Assembly: GCA_030167865.1 (NCBI GenBank)
Contig: JALAGF010005860.1
Location: 1 to 44,669, forward strand
Origin: Craspedostauros australis
Taxonomy: Eukaryota
DNA: 44,669 bases
Direction of reading: 5' to 3'
Part shown: positions 1-10,907 of the stretch, one piece after another
Layout of the letters: the number at the start of each line of letters is the position of its first letter
Numbering within the stretch: position 1 is the stretch's first letter
Made by a program: the position numbers and the translations under genes
Notes under the pieces: generated by a model
Told to the model about the DNA's origin: nothing
Seen by the model: only the letters and a program-made list of their open reading frames with translations
Databases searched by the model: none

Positions 1-2
1 AT

Positions 3-2129
3 GAAGAAGAAAAGAACGAGGGAACGGAAGCGAAGGAGGACGAAGGGAAGGAAGGAGAAGAGCCGGGACAGATGGTGGTGGTCATCAACACGGAGGAAGC
101 AATAGGCCAACGAAACCGAAAGAGAGCAGACGTGAGCCCAACGCAAGGAAGCAACAACGAACAGCCAAGCAAGAGGCTGAATGCGGATGAATCGACGGAA
201 GAAAGCAACGAAGCCGCAATGGACAACGACATGGCAAGCACAGACGAGGCAGGCAATGAAACGCAGGTGGAGAACGAGGATACTCAAGACACAATGTCAG
301 TGGGCAATGACGAGGAGACACAAGTGGGCAACAATTCCAATGCCGGGGAACCATGGACAGAAATTGTCCATCCGGTGGTCAATGTGGTAACAAGGAAGCA
401 GGACATAAAGTACTGCGACCTGCAGATCATGGTGAACGGAGGAGCGGGGTCAAGAGATGTCAAGGTGGCAATGGAAGCAGTCATAGGTTCGTGCAAGGAT
501 TTCTTGCGAACCATCCAGCAGGTCAACACAACAGCAAGACTCCTGCCTTGGGACACAAAGGAAGACTACATCCGAATCCATGCTCTGGACGATTTTCCAA
601 AGGACATGACGACTTTGAAGAAATTCTTCAAGGGAGCGAAAGCCCTGTACGGAGCGACAAGAGCCAAGGCGTACTACAAAGTCAGAATCGAATGCGAGGG
701 CAAAGTGAGTGAGATTGCCGAAGAACTCAACGACTTCTTCGCGGTGGAGCAAGGAAGGTTCAGCGTAGCCAAAATCCAGGCACCATCGACGACAACCATC
801 GGATGGCTGCTCTATTCTACCAGACAGGTGGGAGTGGAAGAGCTGGAGGAAGAGCTGACAAAGCGCACGAAGCGACCGGTTGCTACAAACTGGAAAAGGA
901 TCTCTGACGGCACCAAGTTTGATCCAGACCGCAACACGGAGAACGATGCAAGAGCGCTGCATGTGGAGACGGCAACAGAAGACAAAGATGTGGTCACAGA
1001 AACATTGATGCACTACTACGGCACCGAGTCAAGGAAGTTTCCGTTGGGCATCAGAATGCGAATGGTGACACCGCTAGCAGGAATCGTGAACACAGACGTG
1101 AGAAGTGGATGGTTCGCCCTGAGAGAGAGACAAGCAGGGTGGTGCAAAGAAGCACAGGCAGTCACATCTTACGACCTCATCAACGAGACATTGGAGGCAA
1201 TACCAGTGGGGTACAACAAGACCCTACGATCCATGATCATGCAAATTAAGGCGACAACTGGGAATACAAACACGCCATTATTCACTTCAGTGAACAAGAA
1301 GTGGAGAGGGGCCGGGTATGTATTCCAATTCCATCCAGCCAAAGAGATGGAGGCCAAGATGATGATCAAAGGGTTGCTGGTAAGGTTGGTGGCAGAATAC
1401 GGAGTGGGCATGGAGATGTATTTTACATCCCTGGCACGAACGGAAGCCAAAACCATGAAGTGGGATGCGGAGGCAAAGAGAGTGATCTCGGAGAAGGACA
1501 AAGCAGTCGAGGCAGCCTTAGCAGGAGACGACGACATGCATTTCACACAACCAGTGGAAAGTGAAGATGAGAAACCACTAGCGACACGGGAGTGCGATGC
1601 CAGACCAGAGAAAGACTACGGCGACAGTGACACAATCCCTTCACTGCGCAATGCATCCGAATGGAGAAAGATCTCCGAAAGACAAGAAGCCAGGAAGGCG
1701 GCAGCAAGGGAGGCAGAGGAGGACGCGAGCACCATAGCATCAAGGTCGACCTGCAAGACATCAAGGACAGCAGGAACGAGCAAGAGGTTGGTGTCCATTG
1801 AAGCCAAGCTAGCAGAAATGCTGGAGACCCGAACCCAGCGGTCAGCCCTGTCGACATTGTCCGGGAGTACACGGAGGTCCAAAGAAACGGTGAAGAAAGA
1901 GATGAAAGAATTGCGAGAACAGATGGCACAAATGCAAGCGATGATGGCAGCAGCAATGGAGGAAAACAAGGAGCTCAAGGCAAGAGCGAAGGAAGCTCAG
2001 CCGGAGCAGGAAGTAAGGCCACCAGAGGCCCAGCGTGACATAACGGGAAACCCAACGGCCGACAACCCGCGGGACCCGCGCGAAATTGAGGAAGCAGGTG
2101 CTGTGCAAACGGCGCCTGCGAATGGTTGA
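3..2129 (+). CDS. LINE ORF1 protein (5'-partial), acidic N-terminus and C-terminal coiled coil
   Basis: The frame is open from position 3 through the ATG at 72 to TGA 2127-2129. It lies directly upstream of the RT ORF, and the segment KKEMKELREQMAQMQAMMAAAMEENKELK looks like a coiled coil. Confidence 0.82.
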   Translation, partial: EEEKNEGTEAKEDEGKEGEEPGQMVVVINTEEAIGQRNRKRADVSPTQGSNNEQPSKRLNADESTEESNEAAMDNDMASTDEAGNETQVENEDTQDTMSVGNDEETQVGNNSNAGEPWTEIVHPVVNVVTRKQDIKYCDLQIMVNGGAGSRDVKVAMEAVIGSCKDFLRTIQQVNTTARLLPWDTKEDYIRIHALDDFPKDMTTLKKFFKGAKALYGATRAKAYYKVRIECEGKVSEIAEELNDFFAVEQGRFSVAKIQAPSTTTIGWLLYSTRQVGVEELEEELTKRTKRPVATNWKRISDGTKFDPDRNTENDARALHVETATEDKDVVTETLMHYYGTESRKFPLGIRMRMVTPLAGIVNTDVRSGWFALRERQAGWCKEAQAVTSYDLINETLEAIPVGYNKTLRSMIMQIKATTGNTNTPLFTSVNKKWRGAGYVFQFHPAKEMEAKMMIKGLLVRLVAEYGVGMEMYFTSLARTEAKTMKWDAEAKRVISEKDKAVEAALAGDDDMHFTQPVESEDEKPLATRECDARPEKDYGDSDTIPSLRNASEWRKISERQEARKAAAREAEEDASTIASRSTCKTSRTAGTSKRLVSIEAKLAEMLETRTQRSALSTLSGSTRRSKETVKKEMKELREQMAQMQAMMAAAMEENKELKARAKEAQPEQEVRPPEAQRDITGNPTADNPRDPREIEEAGAVQTAPANG

Positions 2130-5100
2130 GCAGAGAGGGCAGGGTCGACCGCTGGTGGAGGCACAGCAGAATGACCTGAGCCCAAATGCTCCTGCGGACG
2201 CATACGATATACCGCATCGCAGCGGCTGCAGCAATGAGGGAAGTAAGGAGGAAGGGTGCGAAGATAGATTGGGGGATATGATGATGAGGAAGAGGCAAGG
2301 AAGGCTGAGGATTGGCATGCAGAACTTCGGAGGGTTCCGTAGGGTGCCAAGCAACGTGGATGAAGGATTAAAGCAATGGATGAACGAAGGCGAGTTTGAT
2401 GTGTTTGGGATAACTGAGGTGAACGTCGATTGGCGAGGAGTACAGGAAGAGGCGCGACTGAAACATCGAATAAGAGAGTGGTGGCCAACGGGGACCACAC
2501 AAGCAACAACAGCGAACAACACCAACGACGAAGTGATGAGAAGCAAACAATGGGGAGGAACTGCAATTGTTAGCCGATACCAAGCGGCTATAAGGATGGC
2601 CAAGGCTGGGTGGGACGATGCGAATTTAGGGCGATGGGTGTGGCAGCTGTACCGAGGAGCAAAGAAGCAACGACTACGCGTGGTGGTGGCATACAGACCT
2701 TGTCGGCCACGAACAAAAGGAGTCTTGAACACGTATGCACAGCAGCGAAAATATTACAACGAAAAAGGCAAAGACGTGGAACCAAGAAATCGCATGCTGG
2801 AGGACCTGGAAAAGCAGGTCAAGGAATGGAGCGCTCTCGGCGACCACATCGTGGTGATGATGGACTGCAACGAAGACACCCGGTCGAAAAGGATCATGGA
2901 ATTCCTGCAGAACACGGATATGGTTAACGCGATGGACGCAAACGAAAATGAAGCCGGTGCTACAGCAACACATCGGCTTGGGAAAAAGCCCATAGACGGG
3001 ATATTCGTGACGCGGTCCATCAAAGTGGAGAGAGCCGGGTTGACCAGGTGGGATGAAGGGATTCAGGAAAGATGCGCAGACCACCGGTGCCTGTGGCTGG
3101 AAGTAAGCATGGCAGGAGTACTGGGGCAAGAAATGCCACCGTTACGAAGGGCAGTAGCGCGAAGAGTGAAGACAGAGGACCCGAGGATCGTCGAAAAATT
3201 TAATGACGAATATGAGAGACATCTGAGCCAGCACAATGCGAGGGAGAGAGCAATCACACTAGAGCGACGAACGAAGGAAGGATGGGACGAGCAGATGGAG
3301 AAAGAGGCAGAAGCGCTGGATGACATACGAGTATCGGGGATTTGGAAAGCTGACAGAAGGTGCAGGAAGCTTCGAATGGGAGGCATTCCATACTCTAGAG
3401 AGTACAAGCAGATTGAGGCGAGGATCGGGCTATGGAATAACATTAGCAGGAAGCAGGCAGGCAGGAAGGTGTCAACATCCCTGTTGCAGAGACAAGCCAA
3501 ACGAGCTAAGGAGGACCGAAGGATAGCAGAGATGGTGAGAATGGAAGCGAAAGACGTGCGACAAGAACAGACAAAGGCATACGACGCGCTCAAAATATTC
3601 CGAAAAAGAGCAACAGAGTCGCGAAGCGAGTGGCTGGAGAGGATAGCAACCGCGAGGGCGAAAAAGGAGGAGAGTGCGCAAGGTAGACCAAAGAAAATGA
3701 AGAAAAACAGAGGGCAACGGACAGCATCACAGCTGCAGCAACTGCGAAGGAAAGAAGCAGTGCGAGCGATGTACCGACGAATCAGGCAAGCATCCGGCGG
3801 CGATGGAGCTGGGGGAATATCAATGGTTATTGCACCCAACGCTCACGGAGTATGGGAAGAGCGAACAGAGCAAGGAGGAATTGAAAGAGGTTGCATGGAA
3901 GAGAACCAGCGCAGGTTCCGGCAAACGGAGAATACACCCTTTATGTACGGAGAACTGGCACGGGACTTCGGATTCCTCGGCACGTCGGACGCAGCACAAG
4001 CTACATTACGAGGACAGTACAGTGTGTCGAAATGGGTGGATGTAGGAGCGCGGAAGCTCATCGAAGGACTACAGACGGTGGCGACCAACGACATACCGGC
4101 AGGGATGACAACGGATGAGTTCCAAGCCGGATGGGACAAGTGCAAAGAAGACACATCGGCAGGACCGTCAGGGCTGCATTTTGGGCACTTCAAGGCCATA
4201 GCGAAGCGTCGGAGCAATTCAGAATTCGAAGCAAGTATGTCGTCGATTGCAATGAAGTCGGGGTATTCGTACAAGAGATGGAAACAAGGGGTGGACGTGG
4301 AACTCATGAAGAAAGCCAATAGCTACCGAGTGGACAAGCTACGGACAATTGTGCTCTTCGAAGCAGACTTCAACTTCTGCAACAAAGCGATCGGCAGGAA
4401 GGCTGCGGTGCAAGCCGAAAAACAGCACGGTTTCGCAGAGGAACAATACGGGAGTCGAAAGGGACACAAGGCAGTCGAGCACGCCCTCAACAAGCAGTTG
4501 ACGCTTGACTGGTTGCGACAAACCAGGACGCCGGGGCTGCTGTGCTCGAACGACTTAAAGAGCTGTTACGATAGGATTGTACACTCGATCGCATCCATGG
4601 GATTGCAACGACAAGGAGTGGCCCAAACGGAAGTGCGAAGCATGTTCACGACACTGCAGCAGCTGGAACATTACATCAGAACTGTGTATGGCGATTCCAC
4701 CGCGGCATACAGCGGGCGACATAACCGGGTGCCTATGCAAGGAATCTACCAAGGCAACGGGGCCGGACCAGTGATATGGGCTGTCATATCATCCCCGATG
4801 CTCGACATCATGAGAAAAGAAGGTCATATGGCGCACTTCGAAACAGCAACGAGCAACCAGACGGTCGGGATTGTCGGATACGCGTTCGTTGACGATACGG
4901 ATTTGGTGGTAAATGCAAGAAACGGCGAAAGGATAGAGGATGCCGTGGAAAGGATGCAGAATAGCGTGGACGAATGGGAGCGATTGGTGCGGGCGACAGG
5001 TGGGGCGCTGGTGGTTGAAAAAAGCATGTGGTGGGCAATCGACTTCGCGTGGCAGCAGAACGGAGAATGGAGGTATGCCACAAATGCCGAAGTGCCGGCG

Positions 5101-7914
5101 ACGATATCCATGCGAGGCAACAGCGACAGCAGACAGAATATGCCGCGAAGCGAGGCACATGAGGCTTTCGAGACCCTCGGGGTGCGGCTGGCCCCAGACG
5201 GCAACGGCAGGGCGATACATGAGGCGATGGCATCAAAAGCGAGAGGGTGGGCGGAGAAGGTCCGTACCAAACGCATACGCAAACAGGATGCGACAGCGGC
5301 GATGAGCACGGTTCTGCTAAAAAAGCTGGAGTACGTTCTACCAGTAGCACAACTCTCAGAGCAGGAATGCAGAGCGGTGATGCAGCCGGTATGGAAAGTG
5401 ATGATGTCCAAAATGGGTTACAATCGTGGTTTCCCGAGGGCAATGATCAACGCTGCGGCAGGTCAGTTAGGGGCTGACATACACGAGCTCCATACAACCC
5501 AAGTAATGGAGCACATTACAATGGTGATGGAGCATGGCGAGCGCGATACCATGACAGGGCGGCTGTTAAGAGGGTCGATGGAGGCGATGAAAGTCGAGAT
5601 AGGAACGGGCAAGCCGCTCTTCGAGATGGATGTCCGAAAGTGGGGGTTCCTGGCTACAGAATGTTGGATCAAGACAGTGTGGCAGGAAGCTCAAGAATAC
5701 GGGATTAGCATCTGCGAAAAGACCGAAGGGGCAAGGAAGGTACGACGGAATGACAGGTGGCTGATGGAGGAGCTAGACAGGCTGGGGTACACCAAAGATC
5801 AGTTGAGGCGAATCAACCGGTGCAGGATATTGATGAAAGTCATGACTGTGGATGATGTTCGCGGCGGCGAGGAAGTATTGCGATGGCACACAGAACGAGG
5901 ACGGTGGAGCGGGCGGCGACACATTCGATGGCCGAGGCAAGGTGCAGTACCGGATGCCGACTGGTCTCTGTGGCGACGAGCGGTAGCAATGGCACGCGGC
6001 AGCAGCACGGATCAAGGAGATGCAGAAGCACGCAGGTGGTACGCAGTGTGGAATTCGTCGAAACAGAAAGTTTGGACGTTGGCAGCGGAACACGAGTGGG
6101 AGGAATGGGAAGCGAGCGAAGGAGACGTCGCAGGGATGCAGGGGTTCCGACGAGCTCGCGAAACGGTGTCATCAGAGGAGGTCCACGGGAGAGAGGTGAA
6201 ATTGCGAGAGGCGAACGGCAAAGTGTACGTGGTCGAAGTAGGACGAAGGGCGCATGTGCAGACGAAAGAGAGAGCAGGACGAGATCCTGGAAATGATTTA
6301 GGGGAATGGATCCATGCCGTACAGCAAGGACGGGCGGTGATAAGCACAGATGGGTCATTCAAGGATGGAAGGAGCACAGCGGCGTTCTCGCTCAATGTTA
6401 GAGGACGACGCGAAGGCTACCTTCGGATGGCAGGCGACGTGTTGGGGCGACCAGAGGTGCAGAGCGCCTATCGGGCAGAGCTAGGGGGCATTTATTACGC
6501 CCTGAAGACTGCACGGGAGGTGGTAAGCCGGCAGAAGCGAGGGTGGTCAGAGCAAGCGGCAATCGTGGTCGCATGCGACAACCGAATGGCAGGGATCCAT
6601 GCCATTGAGTACGATAGGGACGTACCAGTGAAGGCCCAGCATTTTGACCTGCTGCGGGCGATCCGCCGAGAGCAACGAATGATGCCGGTGAAGCTGGTGT
6701 ATCGACATGTGTATGGGCATCAGCTGGAGAGGGCCAGAGGAGTCAAGATTGATGAGTTCTCGTACTGGAACGATGATGTGGACAGGATGGCAGGGGAAGA
6801 GCAAGGCAGAGGGCAGCCGGCAAAGGATGCAGAGTTGCACGACAGCGAATGGTCTGTGTGGATTGGCCATGACAAGATATGTGTGAACGCCAAGGATACT
6901 GTTCGCGAGCATGTGCAACGGCAGAAGACGGAGAGGTGGCAGCAGCGCGCTGGCAAGATGGATCGGGAAGGCATGAGTGACGTCGACGGCCAGTCTATAC
7001 GGGCGGCGTTGAAAGGGCTGGGCGGCAACCGGAGACGCTGGGTGGTAAAGCATGCCGCGCACTTCGGGCCAGTTGGACGGAATATGCGGAAGTGGAAGTT
7101 CTGGGGTGATGGTTTGTGCCCAGTGTGCAAGGCGGAGGAGGAAGACACTGCTCATGTGATGAGGTGTCAGCACCCGGCTGCAGTACAGGTACGAAACACG
7201 GCCCTCGCGAAGTGGGAGGACTCTATGCGAACGCAAGGAGGGGACCCGCGCATGGTGCGAGAGATTGTCCGGCAGGTTCGTATGTGGTCGGACGGCACAG
7301 AATCGGAGCCGCAAGGGTGGTCCGACGTGCACCGGGCAGCAGTGGCACAAGGCAAGATCGGGTGGGACAAGATGGTGCTAGGTAGGTGGTCGAGGCAGTG
7401 GCGGCAGGTCCAGGCTGAAACGATGCGCAGCATGGGGGCACGAGGTACGGCCACGAACTGGATCGGGAGAGCGATCGCAGGGTTGTGGGAAGTGCGGTGG
7501 GCTGCCTGGCAAGCGCGTAATATGGCGCTGCACGACGATGAGGCCTGGAAGAAGCAAACCATGAGAGAGAGGCAAGCACAGGTCGAGGTTACTGCCACTT
7601 GGAATCAAGGCAGCGACGGCCTACAACAGAGGGACGTCGGTCTGATGAAGAACACCAGCGAGGAGCAAATCCGGAGAATGCCGGTGGATGAGCAACTAGC
7701 ATGGGTGCGGCACGTGGCGGCGGCTCGGATAGGATCGGCGGCCGCAAGAGTGCGACGGGCACAGGCAAGGGAGGAGGCGACGATCGAATGCGATGATGGT
7801 CGGCAAGGCAACGGGCGAGTGGGGGAGGATAACGGCAGAAGGAGGAGGCAGACGAGGAAGCGCGCCAGCAGTCTCCAGTTAGGGAGAGCAAGGTGTAAGC
7901 AAGCGAGGAGGTGA
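2122..7914 (+). CDS. LINE ORF2 polyprotein: APE endonuclease, reverse transcriptase, RNase H, CCHC-type Zn finger
   Basis: APE motifs IGMQNFGG, GITEVN, VMMDCNED, IDGIF, ADHRCL; RT motifs SNDLKSCYDRI, GIYQGNGAGP, YAFVDDTDL; RNase H motifs ISTDGSFK, YRAELGG, VACDN, HVYGHQ, WNDDVD; Zn finger CPVC..EDTAHVMRC. First ATG at 2122; the frame is open from 2044. Confidence 0.95.
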   Translation: MVEQRGQGRPLVEAQQNDLSPNAPADAYDIPHRSGCSNEGSKEEGCEDRLGDMMMRKRQGRLRIGMQNFGGFRRVPSNVDEGLKQWMNEGEFDVFGITEVNVDWRGVQEEARLKHRIREWWPTGTTQATTANNTNDEVMRSKQWGGTAIVSRYQAAIRMAKAGWDDANLGRWVWQLYRGAKKQRLRVVVAYRPCRPRTKGVLNTYAQQRKYYNEKGKDVEPRNRMLEDLEKQVKEWSALGDHIVVMMDCNEDTRSKRIMEFLQNTDMVNAMDANENEAGATATHRLGKKPIDGIFVTRSIKVERAGLTRWDEGIQERCADHRCLWLEVSMAGVLGQEMPPLRRAVARRVKTEDPRIVEKFNDEYERHLSQHNARERAITLERRTKEGWDEQMEKEAEALDDIRVSGIWKADRRCRKLRMGGIPYSREYKQIEARIGLWNNISRKQAGRKVSTSLLQRQAKRAKEDRRIAEMVRMEAKDVRQEQTKAYDALKIFRKRATESRSEWLERIATARAKKEESAQGRPKKMKKNRGQRTASQLQQLRRKEAVRAMYRRIRQASGGDGAGGISMVIAPNAHGVWEERTEQGGIERGCMEENQRRFRQTENTPFMYGELARDFGFLGTSDAAQATLRGQYSVSKWVDVGARKLIEGLQTVATNDIPAGMTTDEFQAGWDKCKEDTSAGPSGLHFGHFKAIAKRRSNSEFEASMSSIAMKSGYSYKRWKQGVDVELMKKANSYRVDKLRTIVLFEADFNFCNKAIGRKAAVQAEKQHGFAEEQYGSRKGHKAVEHALNKQLTLDWLRQTRTPGLLCSNDLKSCYDRIVHSIASMGLQRQGVAQTEVRSMFTTLQQLEHYIRTVYGDSTAAYSGRHNRVPMQGIYQGNGAGPVIWAVISSPMLDIMRKEGHMAHFETATSNQTVGIVGYAFVDDTDLVVNARNGERIEDAVERMQNSVDEWERLVRATGGALVVEKSMWWAIDFAWQQNGEWRYATNAEVPATISMRGNSDSRQNMPRSEAHEAFETLGVRLAPDGNGRAIHEAMASKARGWAEKVRTKRIRKQDATAAMSTVLLKKLEYVLPVAQLSEQECRAVMQPVWKVMMSKMGYNRGFPRAMINAAAGQLGADIHELHTTQVMEHITMVMEHGERDTMTGRLLRGSMEAMKVEIGTGKPLFEMDVRKWGFLATECWIKTVWQEAQEYGISICEKTEGARKVRRNDRWLMEELDRLGYTKDQLRRINRCRILMKVMTVDDVRGGEEVLRWHTERGRWSGRRHIRWPRQGAVPDADWSLWRRAVAMARGSSTDQGDAEARRWYAVWNSSKQKVWTLAAEHEWEEWEASEGDVAGMQGFRRARETVSSEEVHGREVKLREANGKVYVVEVGRRAHVQTKERAGRDPGNDLGEWIHAVQQGRAVISTDGSFKDGRSTAAFSLNVRGRREGYLRMAGDVLGRPEVQSAYRAELGGIYYALKTAREVVSRQKRGWSEQAAIVVACDNRMAGIHAIEYDRDVPVKAQHFDLLRAIRREQRMMPVKLVYRHVYGHQLERARGVKIDEFSYWNDDVDRMAGEEQGRGQPAKDAELHDSEWSVWIGHDKICVNAKDTVREHVQRQKTERWQQRAGKMDREGMSDVDGQSIRAALKGLGGNRRRWVVKHAAHFGPVGRNMRKWKFWGDGLCPVCKAEEEDTAHVMRCQHPAAVQVRNTALAKWEDSMRTQGGDPRMVREIVRQVRMWSDGTESEPQGWSDVHRAAVAQGKIGWDKMVLGRWSRQWRQVQAETMRSMGARGTATNWIGRAIAGLWEVRWAAWQARNMALHDDEAWKKQTMRERQAQVEVTATWNQGSDGLQQRDVGLMKNTSEEQIRRMPVDEQLAWVRHVAAARIGSAAARVRRAQAREEATIECDDGRQGNGRVGEDNGRRRRQTRKRASSLQLGRARCKQARR

Positions 7915-8132
7915 CGCGGGAATACATGCAAGAGTGAAGTGCACGGCGGATATGATATCGGGTGCCCAGTGCGGTACGTTTTATGTGACCCACGGTGATG
8001 GCAAGCTGTGGAAGGCAAGGATGTGAGATACTTGCAGCAGTCGTTCTAGCACGATCGGCCGTTAGGGCTCGTCGGACGCAGGCGACTTTAAAGCCTTCGA
8101 GGCAACCTTGTGCGCAAGGGATAGTCAGTGAG

Positions 8133-8150
8133 TTATTATTATTATTATTA
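8133..8150 (+). repeat. (TTA)6 3' tail of the LINE
   Basis: ttattattattattatta at the end of the element; short-repeat tails are typical of LINE 3' ends. Confidence 0.85.
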
Positions 8151-9469
8151 GAGTAGAGTACCGCAAACACATTCCGCCACAATTCTACTCCATGTCTCTG
8201 TATTTATACTTGTCCTCGTGTGTCGGAAAGTGTGGATCTTGGACGAGAGAGATCGGAACAAAAGAGAATGTCATCAGAAAGGCAAAGGAAAGAACATGGT
8301 GGAGTAGTCTTGCTCTGCGCACAAGCATGTACATACGCTACGATCTACTACTGCTCCTGTTAGCGGAGAACAGTCGATGCAAGAACAGAGGCAGCTGCAC
8401 TGAGAGGCGGATAAATGAAGGCGCCGTGATACCCAATCCCCCGCGAACAATGTGGAACTCTTTCACCATGGGCTGCTGCTGCACATCACATGTCATGATT
8501 GGCCCCAGCAAGAGCTGTGCACGGTACATGCGCGTACAATGCAGGCTCCCATAAGAACTGATGCATCGGCGGCTCGTATGAAGGCCTCGGCTGGGGGCGC
8601 CTTGATCGGTAGCACCGTTGGTGGATTAACGAGCCCCATGATCTCTCGCCACAGCTTTGGAGCCGGGCGGAGCAATGAATCCATCCATCCATCCCAGTCA
8701 TCCATCCATTCGTCTAGCTCGTACCAATTTCATGAACAAACCACGGCCATCAACCGCTATCACTTGCTATGCAGCTACCTCTCCCCATTCGGATCAGCGA
8801 TTGTCATGGGAAGGTGTGCATGGTGCACAAGGAAGGTACCACGGTGTCGGCATGCACGTATTCGTACGTACATTACTATGCTGTTGGACAGTTTGGCGCA
8901 ACTTGGTGCGATTCTGCTGAAATTCTCTCTAGAGCATAGTCTACAATGGATTTGACTCATTTTATCTCTTTCAGTCGAATGACTCGATAACCGCTAGCCG
9001 ACAATGCCAGCATGATATATATCCTTCATGCCTTGATATATTTGAATGAATTTAGGGTTCGCAGGACAGGACGGAGCGCTCGTCGCAACTGACCGCAACA
9101 ACGAGAGCAACGGGCTCCAGAGAAAACAACATGACCATGGCCAGCGCAAGAAACGAAACGGGAGGAAACAAGAACGGCAACAACAACAGAGAGAGAAACT
9201 GCTCCAAGTTCCACCACCAGCAAAGACCAAGACAAAGGCAAAGACGAGGCATTAAGCAGAAGGACGACCCAGAACAGCATTGAACTGATTGCAGGAGTCG
9301 CATCAGCTGAAACAGAAGCAACAGAAGTAACAACACCAACAGAAGCAGCAAAGAAGAAGGACAGGACTCAAACTCTCGTTTCCACCCCCACCCCCACACC
9401 TACGACAAGACCAAGAACCAAGAAGCAACCAAGAAACAAAAAACAAGAATCAACCAAGAAACAGACAAG

Positions 9470-10040
9470 ATGAATATCCGCCAGCGAATCCAAGTACTCC
9501 TCATCATCGTCCTGATCTTCCTGGCCTTCGCCTCGCATCATCAGGAGAGCGGCAGCGTGGCCTACCTGCAGTGGTTGACCGTCCTCGCCATCGTCGTCTT
9601 CGGCCTCATCTTCGATCTGTCGTTCACGGACGATTCGCAGTTCATCTTCGATCCAGATGCTGACAACTGGAGACGCAAGGTGGTACGTTTCCATTCCGAT
9701 CGGCAGTCCTCTGCAATGGCGAAATGCAGTGTCGTACAGCGCAATCAACTGACCCATATATACATATATATATGTCTGTGCGCGTGTGTGTGTGTGGGAC
9801 GTGGCGTTGGACCAGACGCCGTGCAAGATGAGAGGAGAGGACTCGTCTGCTGATTTGCATGCAGCTATTCATTTACCAACTCACTCACTCACTTGCTCAC
9901 CTGGCTTCTTCGTTTCTCTCATTCTATCCACTATTCTATTACGTGTATCATTCATTCCATGACACTGCAACATCATCCGTGTAACTGAAACCGCCGCCGT
10001 TGCTATGTGTTCGTCTTTGCAGGAGGCTGCCTCGCGATAA
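9470..10040 (+). CDS. Small two-TM membrane protein of unknown function (about 76 aa, 2 exons)
   Basis: Exon 1 9470-9682 (MNIRQRIQVLLIIVLIFLAF...FDPDADNWRRKV) has strong C/G-ending codon bias; donor GTACGT at 9683; acceptor tttgcag at 10022; exon 2 10023-10040 encodes EAASR*. Preceded by an A/C-rich leader. Exon 2 is less certain. Confidence 0.72.
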
Positions 10041-10907
10041 ACACCTGCGGACGCCAACAATGAAACGAGCAAGTAAGCGAGGGATGTCCTGGCAATTTGT
10101 ACAGTAAACAATAACAACACCATCAACGCAACACACACAAACAGAACAGAACGATTGCAGAAGGTGCAATGGAAAGGAAAGGAATGGCAACGTCATGCGC
10201 CGAGTTGGCTGCACGAGGAGCACCATTTGAAAAAGAAAACACAGCAATACGAAAATTTGAAAAAAGGAGCAGGAAGAGAATGGCAACATCTCATGAGGCT
10301 GCGGGATGGACGAGACATCAGCGTTTGGGGTGATATGAACAGCACACCAAAGCCGTATTGCCGCAGGAATGGACCAGGATATCAAGCACCCTGGCCATGC
10401 GTTGTTGCGTCCTCCGTCACACCGATATTACAATCTGAATATTAGTGCGCACTCTACTCTACTCTCTCCACCAATACCGATACTTCAAGCATTCCATACT
10501 CGTAGTGAGACCGTGCATGGCACCGAAAGATCCGAACACAGCTACAACGAGAACCAACAATTCTTTCCCTTGCCAGTTGCGTGTGGTTAGAGATGCTGAG
10601 CACGCTGTTCTGCGTTGCAAGCGCACATTGCGGGTTGCTGAAACAGCAGATGCGTAGCAACACTTGACCAGTCTGACATGAAGATGAGGCGAGACGAGAC
10701 ATGCACTTCATTGACAGCACTTCTGGAGACAGCGAAGCAGAGAAGAATACAGCATAGTATTATTGGAACGTTGCGCTACATCCTTTCATCTATTCGATAT
10801 TATCATGTACTTCGCTACTATGCTTGGGCCGACCGCGCTTGCTCCTGCCCACAAGTGAGCACCAGTAACAGGAACAGTACCTATCTGCACCTACATGCTG
10901 TTTGGCT

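Larger units (their letters stand above)
1..8150 (+). mobile_element. Non-LTR retrotransposon (LINE), Ambal-like, 5' end outside the window
   Basis: Two long overlapping ORFs on a strongly purine-rich + strand; ORF2 has APE, RT, RNase H and Zn-finger motifs in order; about 220-nt 3' UTR ending in (TTA)6 at 8133-8150, after which composition changes. The Ambal assignment is inferred from the domain set and host type, not from phylogeny. Confidence 0.92.

Noticed and set aside
2045..2051. G_GGA_AAC slippery heptamer in the ORF1 frame
   Set aside because: A -1 shift reaches TGA within about 14 codons; ORF2 is in the +1 frame, so this cannot produce ORF1-ORF2.
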